A stretch of DNA of 55,396 nt, filler included, from an uncultured virus (IMG/VR IMGVR_UViG_2049941000_000908) (lineage: Duplodnaviria > Heunggongvirae > Uroviricota > Caudoviricetes). It is 20 parts of one record of this genome, joined end to end, with 100 filler letters (N's around TTAATTAATTAA, not from the genome) between each part and the next. Parts side by side here need not be neighbours in the genome. Positions count along the whole stretch, not along the records: positions 52,562 to 55,396 come from IMGVR_UViG_2049941000_000908; 19 more parts are not named here. The stretch is one strand, 5' to 3'. The translations under genes were made by a program, and so were the position numbers. The stretch's first letter is position 1, and each line of letters begins with the position of its first letter. The notes under the pieces are model-generated. The model searched no databases, was not told where the DNA came from, and saw only the letters and a program-made list of their open reading frames with translations. Below are positions 54,342 to 55,396 of this stretch, piece after piece.

Positions 54342-55396
54342 TTACAACTGCAAAGGCGCTCCCTACTGGTATGTGACAACCGAGAAGATGGTGGCGGCAA
54401 GCGAAAAAATCATCGAAACGCTGTATGATACGGAATCCGACTTTGACCCTTATACGGATTCCATTCCCATTTCGCCGCTGGAAGAAGTATTCTACACAAG
54501 CTATGTGGACGGCTCCCAGATCACTATTCAGGACGCGATGAATTTTCTTACCGATGACAGAGCACCCCGCGACATNNNNNNNNNNCATTCAGGACGCGAT
54601 GAATTTTCTTACCGATGACAGAGCACCCCGCGACATCGAGGAACAGCTGATCGCCAACAACAGAATGGCAGCGGGCTTTGCCTCCGGGAATCTTTACAGA
54701 TTGGTTGATGAGGATTACATGAGTGAGCTGGTTGGAATTCTCACCGACGGCATGGACGAAGGCGGTCAGGACTACCGNNNNNNNNNNCTACAACGGCAAA
54801 GGTTCTCCCTACTGGTATGTGACAACCGAGAAGATGGTGGCGGCAAGCGAAAAANNNNNNNNNNCCGCTCAAGGCTACATTTCAGCGGTGCGGCCGTTCC
54901 CGGAAGGCAACGAGCGTCTCGGACGCATTCTCTCCAGCGTGATTCTGATCAGAGCGGGCTATACCTTTTTCGGAGAAGTGAGCCTTTCCGCTCTGATTGC
55001 CAGAAAGAGCTACGCCTATTATGAAGCGGTTGCCAACATTCTCCGGGAGGAAAACGGCGGCGACCTGACGTATTTTATCGAGTATTTCCTCGACCTGCTT
55101 TCAAGAGCAATTGACGAAAGAAAACTGAAAGCGCAGCAGGAAGAAGAAAGTCTGCACGAATCAGAAACGGAATTAGCACGGATACCGCTGATTCCGCCCG
55201 GTCAACCGCAACATGAAGCAGTCGAGCATCCGGAGGAAAGCGCAGAAACAAACGAACCGACCGATACCCAGCAGATAGAAATAACAGATATTGAGACTTT
55301 ATATACCCCCGAGGTTCCGATCGACTATACGCCGACACAGATCATTGACGATGAGGTAGGCAGTCTGCGACTGCGTGATGAGCTTTTAACTTTAGC
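54342..55396 (+). CDS. Fic-domain protein with a non-canonical motif, fragments
   Basis: EEVFYTSYVDGSQIT and EQLIANN; from 54867 AQGYISAVRPFPEGNERLGRIL...YYEA...GDLTYFIEYFL. Confidence 0.75.

Overview
This is not a contiguous chromosome segment. It is a concatenation of about 20 scaffolds joined by an artificial linker (TTAATTAATTAA padded with N to about 100 nt). Each scaffold is itself broken by 10-N gaps that often join overlapping, SNP-divergent copies of the same gene, i.e. a co-assembly of several closely related strains or elements, probably from Clostridia. The pieces follow roughly the gene order of a temperate HK97-type siphovirus or integrative prophage: XRE repressor and ImmA protease, intein-containing family A DNA polymerase, VRR-NUC, SNF2 helicase, HNH and probable cos, MetK-like enzyme, two DNA methyltransferases (the C5 one has a LAGLIDADG intein), amidoligase and gamma-glutamylcyclotransferase, terminase, portal, capsid, tape measure, baseplate and LRR tail genes, holin, amidase endolysin and large serine recombinases. 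Accessory cargo includes two DinJ-YafQ-type toxin-antitoxin pairs, an AT-rich XRE moron, BlaI/BlaR1, a SLOG gene, SNF2 and sacsin-like ATPase genes, a non-canonical Fic protein and parts of a type III-D CRISPR-Cas operon (HEPN-ended csx1-like gene, cas10, cas7s, csx19; no array seen). The most striking signal is in the DNA polymerase intein. Its HNH-like endonuclease is encoded in the +1 overlapping frame, apparently with its own Shine-Dalgarno and ATG inside the intein, while the intein frame stays open. A second allele has deleted the endonuclease, leaving a mini-intein of about 120 aa. All gene calls are by motif recognition only, and adjacency across N gaps is unverified.
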